NCBI GenBank assembly: GCA_012295275.1
Contig: CM022678.1
Span: 18,228,001-18,292,000, forward strand
Origin: Chrysomallon squamiferum
Taxonomy: Eukaryota > Animalia > Mollusca
Direction of reading: 5' to 3'
Length of the DNA stretch: 64,000 bases
In this document: piece after piece, positions 12,541 to 25,900 of the stretch
Numbering within the stretch: position 1 is the stretch's first letter
How the letters are laid out: each line of letters starts with the position of its first letter
The notes under the pieces: generated by a model
Databases searched by the model: none
Told to the model about the DNA's origin: nothing
The model's input: only the letters and a program-made list of their open reading frames with translations
Program-made: the position numbers and the translations under genes

Positions 12541-14861
12541 AGTGTCTTCGTATGTTTTGTTTTAAATGTTTAAATTACGAAATGTCTGACAATACAAGTA
12601 AAACTGATATCCTGTAAGGTATGTTAACTGACTACTGCAAACTGTAAAAAAGTTTTTTTTCAGTTCCAGTCTTTAAACATGTCGCACATTTGTGTATTAG
12701 CATAAACGTTCTTTTCCTCTTTCAGCGAAATCTTATCTTCGAGTATCTTTAAATGTACTGTTGCACATTTTTTATCCAAGCCAAAAATCATCAAAGATCG
12801 TGTATTACATTTGTTTTCCTTTGTAAGAAAATGTTTCTTAAGTATAATCTACAGTCCTCTAACGTTCGCTTATTATTCTTAAATGCTACGTAACTAAAAA
12901 TAAAGTTACTCAGTTAACTTTCTAGAAGGCTATTATGTTTGGAAAACAGCAAGAAATTTCCGTGAAGCTGACACCCCTGTTTTGTTTTGTTCTATTACTA
13001 TTTCTAGAAATGGTTGCCGTTTTTCCATTCTGCAGAAACAAAACAAACACCAAATATTTTTCTTTGTTCTTCTGCTTTCATCTTACGGAATGGCGATGTC
13101 TTTCTCGAAATCAAAAATTTGTATAAAAGAAAGAAAAAATCACTAAGAAATCGGTCTGAACATTTTATATCAAACCTAATTTCAAGCCTGGCAGAAAACA
13201 GTAACCAGTGAAAAATAATATCCACGCACCAAAAAAAAAAAAAAAAAAACCCCCTCCTCTACTGTTATTTATTCTGTCTAGCAACCAGTGACAATACTGT
13301 TAATTTCCGTCCAGGTACGGTATCACCTGCGTGTTTTCTACGAGTCCTTAATATCAGTGGCACGATGCCGGAAACGTTGCACGAAAGGTAATGGAGTTTT
13401 GTTTATTACACCGGAGTGCTTCTCGTTAGGTAACGCTTCTTCGTACGTTATCTCGGCCAGCCAGGACGCCGAAGTTGTAGAAAATAAACTGTCATTTACA
13501 AGACCACGCAAGATTCAAAATTTTGTTAATTAGAAACATTTTATATGTTAGCGTTCGTTGTTGCTGTTTATTTTGTTGTTGTTTTCGTATTTTTTGTGTC
13601 TGTGATCCTTTTTTTTTTCTTTCTTTCTTTCTTTCTTCCTTCTTCTTTTATTTTCTCTTTTCTTTATTATTATTATTTTTTTGTTTTTAATTGTCGATTA
13701 GGTTTTCCGAATCATTTAATATCTTATCCAATTACTCGTCCTATCAAGACGTTACGTCATGGCCATAAAGTTATTCTCGACAATCATCCAAAACAGTTTA
13801 GAAAAGATTCACATATTTTTAATCAAAGAAATACATTCTGTCTTTTTCAAACAGGAACGCAATAGAATAATTTGATCTCCGAGATATATTGAAATCCATG
13901 ATTTCTATGTTGTCTAAAACAGTAAACATTATTAATTGTTTTCTTAAACGTTTCTGTGAATGGATTTTGTCCTTTATAATGTTCCCATGTGGTCAGACAT
14001 TCTTATTACTGTTGTTATGATTTAAATCCCTCCTATGGCGAGTGCTTGGGACGAGAAATGACACTATAATTGGAAGCGTTTCTTTTGTGGCTGTTCGTCA
14101 GTTGGCTGAATCTAAGAACTATTATCGTAAAACTGTCGAAACGAAATAATCCTTTGTGTCTGTGCATAAACATGGTTCAAAATTCGTAAAAATTACTGAC
14201 CTTCAATTTTTCTTTTATTATTATTATTTTTATGTTGTTGTTTTTTCCCCGTTATTTTTATTTTGATATGTTCCAAAGCTATTTCAATTACGAAAAATTG
14301 CAGGAGAAAAATCAATTTTATCACGTAAGAACGTGACACAAATCCCGTTGATCCTTTTTCGTAAAATGCCTAACACGAACCACAAACAATATAATCCATA
14401 TAAAAAAAAAAAAAAAAAATTAAATTAAAAAATAAAATAAAACTCAATATCCAAAAGTCAAATTATTCTCAGTCTGTTTTCTTGTAAGTGAATTCCACAA
14501 CTTAATTACAAAAGCGATTCTTAGAACTAATTTAGTCTCCTGCGTTCTAGTTACTTACACGGCTTCGTAATAATTAACGTTTAGATTGCATTATTCGATC
14601 CACTGGTTCCCTTCACGGAGCAGAATTAAGGCCGCGGTTAAAATGAATGGCGCGTGAACAGGACGAATCGGTTTTTGTGATCTTATATACATGTTCGTGT
14701 TTGGAGTGAACCACAGAGTCAAATATCACACAGGTGTATCGATTGAAACGTGCGATTATAAAAATTATATCGTAGAATGACTTGTGAGTCAGCGGTATGT
14801 CAGATAAATACCGGGTTAAGATGTGGGTGAATGAAACTATATCGATAACATTAATTTGATT

Positions 14862-14862
14862 A

Positions 14863-14922
<60 letters not shown>

Positions 14923-14955
14923 AAGAAGAAGAAGAAGAAGAAGAAGAAGAAGAAG

Positions 14956-14993
<38 letters not shown>

Positions 14994-14995
14994 CC

Positions 14996-15056
<61 letters not shown>
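14862..15056. repeat. Compound microsatellite (AAT)n(AGA)n(AAC)n
   Basis: Directly visible; explains the homopolymeric ORFs here. Confidence 0.95.
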
Positions 15057-15926
15057 TGACTGCTGTGGCCTTATATCCATGTTCAAGTATTTCAAAATAA
15101 AAACAGAAATTATATTATTTAAAAATCAGAACGATTAAACGATCCGGCAACCCTCGAAAACACAGTAATAATAGCTACAATAGTAGATGACACAAAACTT
15201 CAAAATTTGGAAATCGATCGATGTTTAAAATTAAAAAATAGCAGTTTCTTTCATTATTTTACCTTCAGATATTTTAAACATTTTTAAACAGAAGATGTTT
15301 ATTGGTTTTTTTTTTTTTAAGTATCAAATCTTATTTTCCAGCGAAAAATAATGAATGACCCTAGACCTGAAATGATTTGCTGTTGTTTATGCGAGGCCAA
15401 ATATCAGGTGATTCAGGACATTTGTTTTAATAATAACCAACTATCCGTGACTGCACCTGAGTGGCCGAGTATATCAGTAACAATATGGGGTGCAATCTTT
15501 ATTAATGAACGGATTTAGACCAGGTGCAAATTTGATACGTTTTTCGTGTAAGGTAATGATATTTTAGAATTAACAACTGTAACTTAAAGTACCAGCTTGG
15601 AGAATAACATTCTTCAAATATCCATCCAGATCATTTTATATGTTTGATAACTTATATAACTTATATAACTACATACGTAAAAACATATCCATACATACGT
15701 ACATGTATACACACATTCATACCAACCTACACACACACACACGTACATAAACATATACATATATACAGATATACATGCATAAAAATATAAAACGTAGATA
15801 TAACTGATATACACGTACGTGTATATATTTTCATACATTAACTATTAACGTTATCCTTTGGTTATTCGCTAAATATCTGACAAACTTTGGCATTTCCGAT
15901 CTTAAGTAATAATGGAATATAACAAT

Positions 15927-15958
<32 letters not shown>

Positions 15959-15970
15959 AAAAAATAAAAA

Positions 15971-16004
<34 letters not shown>

Positions 16005-17343
16005 AAAAATGAAATGGACATCACAATACTTTTTTGAATCTTGACATCATCACGTACAGCATAGATCGAGTTGCACCTATGAATGTGTCACTAAACGAAA
16101 ATCTGGCTATTCATATATGTTTTTTTTTTTTCCTACAAATGGTTAATTTGTTTCTGCAAAATATGCATGTACACCGCTTTAATTTAAAATCCTAGTAATT
16201 CATTTTACTTTTTAAAGTAATATCTTACATATATTTGCAAATGGAGGACTGATTAGATTAAGATGTGATTAGATCGATAGTTAGCTCCAAAATTAATAAT
16301 GAAATGGAAACCATTTAATGAAAATCCACGTTCGTGAATATTAAGTGATTAATTGATGGTAAATATGTAACACTTTACAATGTAAATGCAGAACATGACA
16401 CGTTTACAAACACTTAGCTGAGTAAACATTTGACCGTGTTGAACGTCTGGCTGTTTGCGTAATTAATATGTGACATATCCATTGAATTTACGTGTTCAGA
16501 AGTTATGTTAAATAAATGAATAAATAAATAAATAAATAAATAAAAACAAGCAAACAAGCAAAAAACAAGATAAATAAATAAATAAATGAACAAATATGTA
16601 AATAAGTAAATAAACAAATAAATAAATAAAAACAAACAAACAAAAAACAAAATAAATAAAAATAAATATAAATAAATAAATAAATAAACAAATAAATAAC
16701 TTAATTAATGAATAATAATGATGATGATGATGATTATATGATGATTAATAATAATAATATTAATAATATAATAATAATAATAATAATAATAGAAAAAACA
16801 CAATGAATATATGTTTGTGTATTTTATATTCATTCATATTTATTTTATACTTTTTTCGAAAATGTAACTTTTTTGTTTTAAATTTTATTTTAATTTTATT
16901 TTAGCATTAATATTACTAAATAAAATGTATGTAGTTGACAACAGAGAAACAAGAAACAAAGAAAGAAATTCAGACAATACTCAGAAACTGTCTGCATTAA
17001 TTATTGAAGATGTACATCCGACTTATCTCTGAAAATAAAACTTAATTTAAATAAATTTAACAACAATCGATATAATGTAATTCAGTGCAGTTAAACTTTT
17101 TTCTTCTTCATTCCTCCATTTATTTCCTCGTTAAATAATATTCTCCCTGCTTTCTCGTTCTAAAAATGCTAACATCAAAATCAAGTAAAAACAAAAGTAA
17201 TGGATAAACAATCACAAAGAGACAATCTTTCTTTGATAAGAAAAGAAGTTATATGTGCGTGTGCGCATGCATTAATGTGTGTATATGTGTTTCTTTTTTT
17301 GTATTTAAAATATTCTGTCTTTGTATTTATTTATCGGTTAATT

Positions 17344-17402
<59 letters not shown>

Positions 17403-17708
17403 CACAGATTACCCTCACCGCAAGAAATAGAGCAAAGTTAGGAACAACCAACTTTACCAGTGACACAAACTCGTTAATGATAAAAAAATTTCCACATTTA
17501 AACAAAAGTGGAGAAAATATAGAAAAAAAGAAGATAAAAAAAAAAAAGACGTATTTATTTATTTTCATCATGACATGTTTTCCTTTTTCTTTCTTAATAG
17601 TTTGTTTTACTTTTTTATTTCTCTGTTACACATGACGTTACGAGTACACTATAAAGATTGAATGGGAATAATAATTGAGAATAAATACATAATAATAAAA
17701 AAAATAAT

Positions 17709-17887
17709 AATAAATAAACAGTAAAACCCAAGAAGATAAGAAGAATATCATGATCAAGAAGACGAAGAAAAATAATTAAATAAATTTAATAAAATAAATA
17801 AACAGTAAAACCCAAGAAGATAAGAAGAATATCATGATCAAGAAGACGAAGAAAAATAATTAAATAAATTTAATAAAATAAATAAAC
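17709..17887. repeat. Perfect 84-bp tandem duplication
   Basis: TAAATAAACAGTAAAACCCAAGAAGATAAGAAGAATATCATGATCAAGAAGACGAAG... starts at 17711 and again at 17795. Confidence 0.9.
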
Positions 17888-18433
17888 AAAAAGACCAAAC
17901 TCACAGAAAACTCGCTAAAACATTATCACAATTAAATTATTATTATTAAAGATTAGGAAGAGGTAATCATGATACGAAGCTATCATAAAGATGTATTTCA
18001 TTTGATATTTGTTAAAAAAGTCAAAAAAAAAAAAAAAAAAAAAAAACTTCAAAAACGTATCTTCAGACAATAATTTTACATTTCAATTTTATTTGAAAAC
18101 AAATTATACATACCTTAAATATTGAAAATGTTTTCCTTATTCACAAAGATATTTATTTTTTAACACGTAACGCCAAGTTGTATCATCTTAACACTGCCAG
18201 TCGAGGTGAACTGAATAAAATACGACCTTTTATTAAGACTGCAGAATAATAGAGACTTCTCCACAACATCCAATAAAAATTAATCCATTCAATTATTTCT
18301 TTGTATAGATGTTTTGATATCGATTGGTATAGCCTTCTGTTAAGCGCTCGATAAAATGATCCAGTCAATTGCTTCAGTTTTAATTTGTATCCTTTATCGA
18401 TTAATGTAGGCTTTTGTGAATATCTTCTCCAAA

Positions 18434-18482
<49 letters not shown>

Positions 18483-19364
18483 AAAACATTATATACACCT
18501 CTCAGTAAATAATAAACTACAAAAAAAAAATAATTCGAAATATAATAAAAATAAAAGTTAACATTAACGTTTGAGCTTTCCATTAATTCCTTCTCCCCGA
18601 ACACAAACCTGTTCCTGAATTACCTGTGAATACATTACTTGATAAAAAGAAATTCTCGTCGCACTAAATACAGTGTTTGAAAAACGGATATGATGTATTA
18701 ATGCATCTCTATTCTCAATTAACTACTAATCTGGTCTCGGATAACGGAAATACAAAGCCTAAGGGTCATGGGAAATTTAATTACAGTCAATACGCTATAG
18801 CACTGTATAGGGGTGGACATAAAAGAGAACACACGTTGGCAGTGATACTTAATTCTTTAATGCGCGGTGACATGCTATACGTGTACCTAGGCTTCATTGT
18901 TGTTTAGGATATCGCCGTCGTTTGGTAATAATTGACGTTACATGTAACGCTTACGATTTTTTTTTTTTTTTTTTTTTTTTTCAAAGGCAATATTTTATAT
19001 TTCTTTTATACTATTACGCATATCCCAGTTGGTGTTCAGGTACGCCTGTTGTTGACAACCAGGCGAATTAAAAAGTTAACAAACAGGTTTTTGTTTTTTT
19101 CCAAGCGACATCACACTTATTGGTAAATCCGCCATTTTGCTTCCCTAGACCGAAACAGGTCAAGAGTGAAGGTGTGACGAATTTAATTTTGAACTGCAGA
19201 TAATAAATTTAATATACATGTGTGTAGGTAGATTTAATGTGTAATACTGGTGGAAGGAAAAATTCGGCGAAATAAAAATATCTGTGGAGCATCAAAAAAA
19301 TGGACAGACTTAAAACGAACCGGTTACGTCAGTGAAAACATACATCAAAATATACATGAAAATC

Positions 19365-19425
<61 letters not shown>

Positions 19426-19562
19426 CTTATTTGCAATAAAATTGGTATAATTTTAGTCGCTTCATAAAATACGAATTAATATACTAGTATTATTAGTACG
19501 ACTACAACAACACTACCACTGCTATTTCGTCTACTACTATTACTATATTGTTACTATTTCAT

Positions 19563-19600
<38 letters not shown>

Positions 19601-20789
19601 GTTATTATTATTGCTACTGCACATACAAAATGTATACACAAAAATAACTTATTATCAAAAAGGCTGCTACTTCTACTATTACTATTACTTGTACTACTGC
19701 TATTGCTATACTATTACAGCTACTACTACTATTACGGTTACTACTACGGCTACTACAACTACAAAATCTATAGATAAAAATCAGTGACGTTATTAAAAAG
19801 GCAGTGCCTTGCACGCTACAGATAATAACCCAATCTTTTACCAAAACACCGGATCTTTCATTTACACGAACTTATCGATTTATTGATTTCATCATAAAAG
19901 TAAATCTGGTCATTGTGAAATTGTTTATTCTGTCGCTTAGCGTTAATTTTGACTTGTATTAGAATGACAGTGTAATCATTTATCATTTTAGTTTATTTAT
20001 CGTAATTTGAAAGTAAAAATGGTTAATGTTTCTTCTTTTATTTTCCTTCCCTCATTCATTCTTTACAATGTGATTTTTATTTTTTCTGTATCCTTTACGT
20101 ATATCTTACATATTTCTATTTTTATTATTATTATTATTATCTGAAATAAAGTTTATATGTTATCAAGAGGAAAAATATAAAGAAAAAAATGTTATATAGA
20201 AAAATTAAAAGAAATGTTTTTCGATTTAAATATATTTTTTCTCGATCATAAATATCTGAAATTTTTAAGAGTGAAATATTAATAATGAAAAGGCAGTTTT
20301 GCAACCGTGTGATTTGTCCTGTATTAACTGGCGGAGAAAAAAAACCACACAAAAAAAAAAAAAAAAACCCCTTAATCTGGCGCCTCTCTGTCGGAAGTAA
20401 CGTTTGGTGATGTTTGAAAGGAAAAACACTAATAGCAAAAACATAAGAGCTTAATATTAATGTATCCGAGAAAACACTTAAAAAACACGTTTATGTCAAC
20501 ACGGTTTTATTTTGCACGCATACCAGACAAAAAACGCTCCCCTCGCCCGGAATAAAAGAGAATCACCCAAATAAAAATGAATAAATAAATTAAACCACGA
20601 ATAAAATATTACATATGGATGGAGGTTTGTTTCTGACTTTTTAAATTACTTTTAACAAATACATAAAAAAAATGTCATAAGGTGTTGGTAAAAATACACT
20701 GGTTAATTGTCATCAGTATTCTTAATTTATTTAATGTGCGGACCAAATTGAATGCTTAGTCGCATTTAGTTGATTTCTCGAGATTTCAC

Positions 20790-20963
20790 GGAGAGCGCGA
20801 GAATTAGGCACTTGGGTGCAGACCAACATGGCCGCATGTTAGTCTGTGATTTTCTTTACTGTTTGCCAGCTATTTTCGTCGTTTTTATTCAAATAACACC
20901 AAGAAAATTTCATAATAATTACTCGTAAAGTTTATTACATCATACAGATCAACAATATATCAG
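20790..20963 (+). promoter_or_regulatory. Probable Staufen core promoter and non-coding first exon
   Basis: Locally CpG-rich; YY1-type CAACATGGCCGC at ~20824-20835; donor CAG|GTAAAC after 20963; next acceptor at 21887-21888. The transcription start is not directly visible. Confidence 0.55.
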
Positions 20964-21751
20964 GTAAACATTGAACAATTATTCAAATTCATCCTTTACT
21001 TTTTTCATGAGTGAAACCGAATTTTCTCAAATCACTCTGAGTTTCAGTGTACTAATGGCGTTAATCTTTAAGAATCAAAATACTCCTTTCCCTCACTTTA
21101 AATGGTTTTATTTTGGATATTTTAAAACGAGATTAATAACTTAAATTAAAACGCGTGTGCTTTTTTCGTTCAATTCTAGTACTAGTACACTGAATAGTAG
21201 TACCAAGTGCGCGGGAAACCTGACAGTCCAAAGCAGAAATGTCAGAAATGGTCGTAAAATGATAAACCAGTTGAAATTTACAAAAATCATAAATAGGTTT
21301 TAGAAGCATTGTTTATCTCTAGATGTAATAGTACATCAGATGTTTTCTAGTCATATATTATGTTGGTTCTTTTAAAAATTGAGTAGAAATAAAAATTAGG
21401 TGCTTTTTGGAAACAAAAATACACAGACGCTGGCGTTACTAAATTTAGATAAATCGTCTGCATGATCTGGAGTCGGAATCGAAACTGAAGAACACTTGTT
21501 TTTAAAGTCATCCGATTTTATAACAGATTTCCACAGTTAGTTGAAGTATGTTCCAAAAGTTCTTTTTACATGCAACCCCAGCTTCCACCTCAACACACAC
21601 AACAAATATTAAAACGACAACAGAAGAAACCTTCTCTAGTTTTTAGATGTAGGGCATTATTATTATCCTTTGTTTTATTTTTTATACACATACGTCTTAC
21701 TATTTCTAAACAAAAATATCAAAAAAAACCTTAAACAATTCAGATTATTTG

Positions 21752-21765
21752 GTTACTATGGAAAC
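21752..21765. promoter_or_regulatory. RFX X-box candidate in Staufen intron 1
   Basis: GTTACTATGGAAAC fits the GTNRCYATRGNAAC consensus; motif match only. Confidence 0.4.
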
Positions 21766-21944
21766 CAATTAGTAATTTTATAATAAATATGAAAGCTACC
21801 ATTTCATTTGATTGATTTATCTTCTTTATTTATTATATTCAACTTGACTGTTTAGTTAACAAAAATCAAAACTTTTTTATTTTTGCAGCTTCCTACAATT
21901 ATTAAACAAAACAAAGAACAAGAACAAATCTAAACAAAACAAAA

Positions 21945-22026
21945 ATGTCACAGATGATTAAATCTTCAACTACAATGAACACCGCTGTTGCTGCTGTAGA
22001 TCAACACATGACGATGCCCCAATCAG
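21945..22026 (+). CDS. stau: Staufen coding exon 1 ([27 protein letters not shown])
   Basis: Acceptor ttttgcAG at 21887-21888, aaaaATG at 21945, donor CAG|GTATTT; phase 1 fits the next exon. Confidence 0.75.
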
Positions 22027-22881
22027 GTATTTCTGCTGTTCATAATAGTTTTGTATCTAACATTTTAAGAATATTTATTAATAGGTAGAGATAAATTGTC
22101 ACATGCTCCACAGTAATAATTCTATTGTTTTTACAGCATCTTCTTTTATAGTATCCTTTGTAAAATAAGTAATAATTTTTAATATTAAAATGCCATTCTT
22201 TCAAGCTAAGATTGAGTTAAAATAAGTTTTAAAATGCACTGCATTCAGGGATTTGATGTTATTTGTTTACTTTTTTATTTTTTGCTTCTGCTTATGGTGG
22301 ATAAAATTCCATGTTCCTATCTTGTGTTGTTTATACTTTCTTACATCTGGGGATTGTTTCTGTTTTGTTCTCATTTTGTTTCCTAAAAATCATATGAAAC
22401 AGTTGTTTGCCCAGGCAGTAATTTTCCATTTGAACAGATGTCTTGTGACACTTTCATCAGAGGCTCTAGTGTGTGCTATTAAAAGGAAAAGTTAAATACT
22501 GTTTCTGAAATTTTGTTAAAGATTATAGAATTTCTTATGTGGAACCCCCCCTAAATAGTTATGTCTATGATTATTATTTTTTAAATATTTAAAAATTTTC
22601 TTCAGGTCCTGCCATGAAGGTCCATTCTCATCATCAGGAGACTGGACCCACACGGCAGTCCCTGCATGGACTAGCATCACCTCTGAGCATGACCACCCAT
22701 CAGGCGGGTTTGCCGAATGTTCAGACAGGACTGACCCACTCCCAGCCACTAAGGCCTGGGTTCGTTCCCAAGTCGCTGAAAGCTTTGGGAGCGACCCCAC
22801 AAGCCAGTCAGAATGGCTCAGTCCGACCAGGCGTACCTGTGAGTTCATCGATAGCGGCTTCGATCAACTCGGAGAGTCAAG

Positions 22882-22912
<31 letters not shown>

Positions 22913-25900
22913 ACAACAACATCAGCAGCTGAAGAAGCCGAACGAAAAAAGTAGCATGGCAAACACAAAAGAGAAAACCCCCATGTGTCTTATCAATGAA
23001 TTAGCCCGTTACTGTAAGGTGAGTTTTTAATCTGAACATTTTTTTATTTCATTAACAAATTACATTTAGAAATGTAGAGTAAGATATTTATGCTTTTACA
23101 AATTGATGTAATAGGTAACAGCAAGCAAAATATTGGTAACCAATTTGTTTACAAGTAAAATTATAAATCTACATTTTATCTTTAAAGATATCATGTAATT
23201 ATTTTGTGATTTGTATCATCATTTTCTTTTGGTAGATCTGATGCTGTTCTGTTTTTGTTTGTAATCTATTTTCTGCTGATTGATCTCTGTTATTTTGTAT
23301 TTAAAATTTGTCTCTGTTACTGTATTTGAAATGAATCATTTTGTGTTTCAGATCTATTTTCTTTTAGCTGGCTTTCTGTTTTGTTTCACATCTCTAGAAA
23401 AATGCCTTTCTTTTGTGGTGACAGATATTACACAGTTATTTTGTTTGAAATCTCACTGTTTTGTGTTGACAGATCTCACAATTTGTTTGTTTGTTTTGTA
23501 TTTGAAACCTCACTGTTTTGTGTTGACAGAGCTCACTATTTGTGTTTGTCATATCTCACTGTTTTGTGTTGACAGATCTCACACCAGTACACTCTAGTAG
23601 ATGAGCAGGGTCCGGCTCACAAGAAAACTTTCTATGTGAAGCTGCGTCTCGGGGAGGAGGACTACTCCGCCTCGGGCCCCAGCATCAAGAAAGCCCAGCA
23701 CTCGGCAGCAGCCATTGCTCTGGAAAAGACAAGTTTTAACCATCCACCGCAGAAAACAAACACCTGTCATAATGCTCCAGGTGGGTGACTGTTAACTAAT
23801 TTCAGTCGTTTACTTTTCATGTGAAAATAACGATTGGCACACATTTTGTCATCTTCAGTTTGAAACACCATTTATAATACTGTATTGATTTATCAGTGTT
23901 TTATATTTATCTATATTTTTATTAATTATGACTTCAGACTGATTTTTCTCAAAGTTAACAAAAGATTGATATACATTTTGTTTCAGTGGTACTTTATTAG
24001 AGGGTTTGGGAAAATACAATTCATCAGAATTTTTTTTTTTTTTTTTTTGTAAATTAAACCATATAAAAGAGTTATGAAATACCTTAGATATTATTTTCAT
24101 GAGCTTTACTTCAGATTTCTGCTCAGATTTATTTAGACTATCATGTACACAGTTTTATATACATTTTTGTTGATAGATTTCTAAAAAATTTAACATAGTG
24201 GGTTTATTTTTATGTGGGTCTGTGTTACATTCTGGTCACAATGAGCCATTTTATTTAAGAATTTATACATTTGCTTTAGATTATATGATATTTTTATTTT
24301 CAACAAACAGAAGTATATCTAATGACAGAATAACATATTCTCAACTTAAGTATATTTACTGGTTTATATAATTTAACTTTATTTTTCATTTAGTAGACAT
24401 GTAAAATCAAGTTTATAAGAATAGTCATTACAATAGGGTTGTAAAAAAAGTGAACTAATACTGACAGAGCAAATTTAAATTGTAAATGCACAAAACAGTA
24501 AAACAGTTGTATTTATCACATTCTGTCTTCAAACAAGAATATGTTTCTAGTTTTTAAGTTAGTTTGCTAGAAGACAAATACATTTTTTGTTTTTAAATTA
24601 GCATTATGAGGTGTATTTCACTCTAAAAGATATTAAATAGTTAAAGTGTATTTTAAAGTAAGTATACGTAAAAAGCTCAGTGTGACCAGACTGTACTTGT
24701 CAAAAGGATGGCCTTAGATAGGTTATCTTAATTGGCAGTGACCAATATCACACCCACAGTGGAGCTGAATGCACTGGCAATGAGGAGAGGAGAACCGGCA
24801 GTCTACAAGCCAATAGAACCGAGACACTCGCAGTATTACCCTCCTCCGAGCTTCGACTACCGAGGAATGTATAACCAAAGGTGAGAACGTAACCCAAGTT
24901 GTAATGTAATCAATATTTTTTTTTATTAAACCAGTGTAAAGAACTGGCTGCTGTATGAAATTACTTTTTTTTCGTGTCACTACACTGTATAATTCTCAAC
25001 AGCTATTAAAATGGTGGAATTAATTTGTTACAGTGACATTGAATGTCTATTTTATTTAGTACATCTTTTGAGTCACTTAGTGTTTACTTAGCTGGCATTA
25101 CATTATTCTTCAAAGGGTGACCAAGATCTCACCAAACTTGCAATAAAAGAATATGAACACTAGTAACATATCTTCAGATCTTTTTATGTGTCATAATTAT
25201 TATTCACCTAATGTTTCAGGTTCGCCTTATAAATTTAAATACTCCATTTTCTTTAATTGTATGGATAAAAGTTGTCGAAATAGTTAATTTCCTGCATTAA
25301 GTTTAAATATTGCAAACCGTAAAGAATTTAGTTTTGTAACAAGGGTCATCTCTATTAGTAAGTTTGTTATTTTGTGTTTTTAGATATCACTATGGTAGGA
25401 TACCTAGGATGTTTTATATATCACTCAAAGTCGGTCAGCGGGAGTTTATCGGAGAAGGACCAACTCGACAGGCTGCACGACACAATGCAGCTCAAAAAGC
25501 TCTGAGGATACTGCGAACTCTAAGCATGCCCACAGAGGATGAACGTAAACAGCAGAAAGAAAAAGAAGAAAATGGTATGTTACCATACTTAACAGGGAAT
25601 AAGCACATGCTGGTGAACAAGCCTATCTTTCTCTATTAGGCTGATAACAATGGCTTCTGTCGCCTTGGCTTATTCCTTGTCAGTTGTAATAATTAAAGAA
25701 TATTTGATATGATTTAGTTTTTAGAACTGCAGAATGTTATTTGATAAAATTTAGATAATTGAAGAACATTGATAAGAGTAAGTTATTGGAAATAATGTTA
25801 TTAAAATGAAAAAAACAAAAGAGTACTTGCTGAGAAATTTCTCTTCTTTATTGTGACATTAAATTAATAATAAATGTTATTAAATTTTGCTAGGTCCAAA

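Noticed and set aside
14613-15100. Poly-Cys/Leu/Arg/Thr/Asn ORFs and similar homopolymeric ORFs elsewhere (2.1, 7.7, 8.1, 17.2, 19.3, 60.3, 63.0 kb)
   Set aside because: Translations of trinucleotide and dinucleotide microsatellites.
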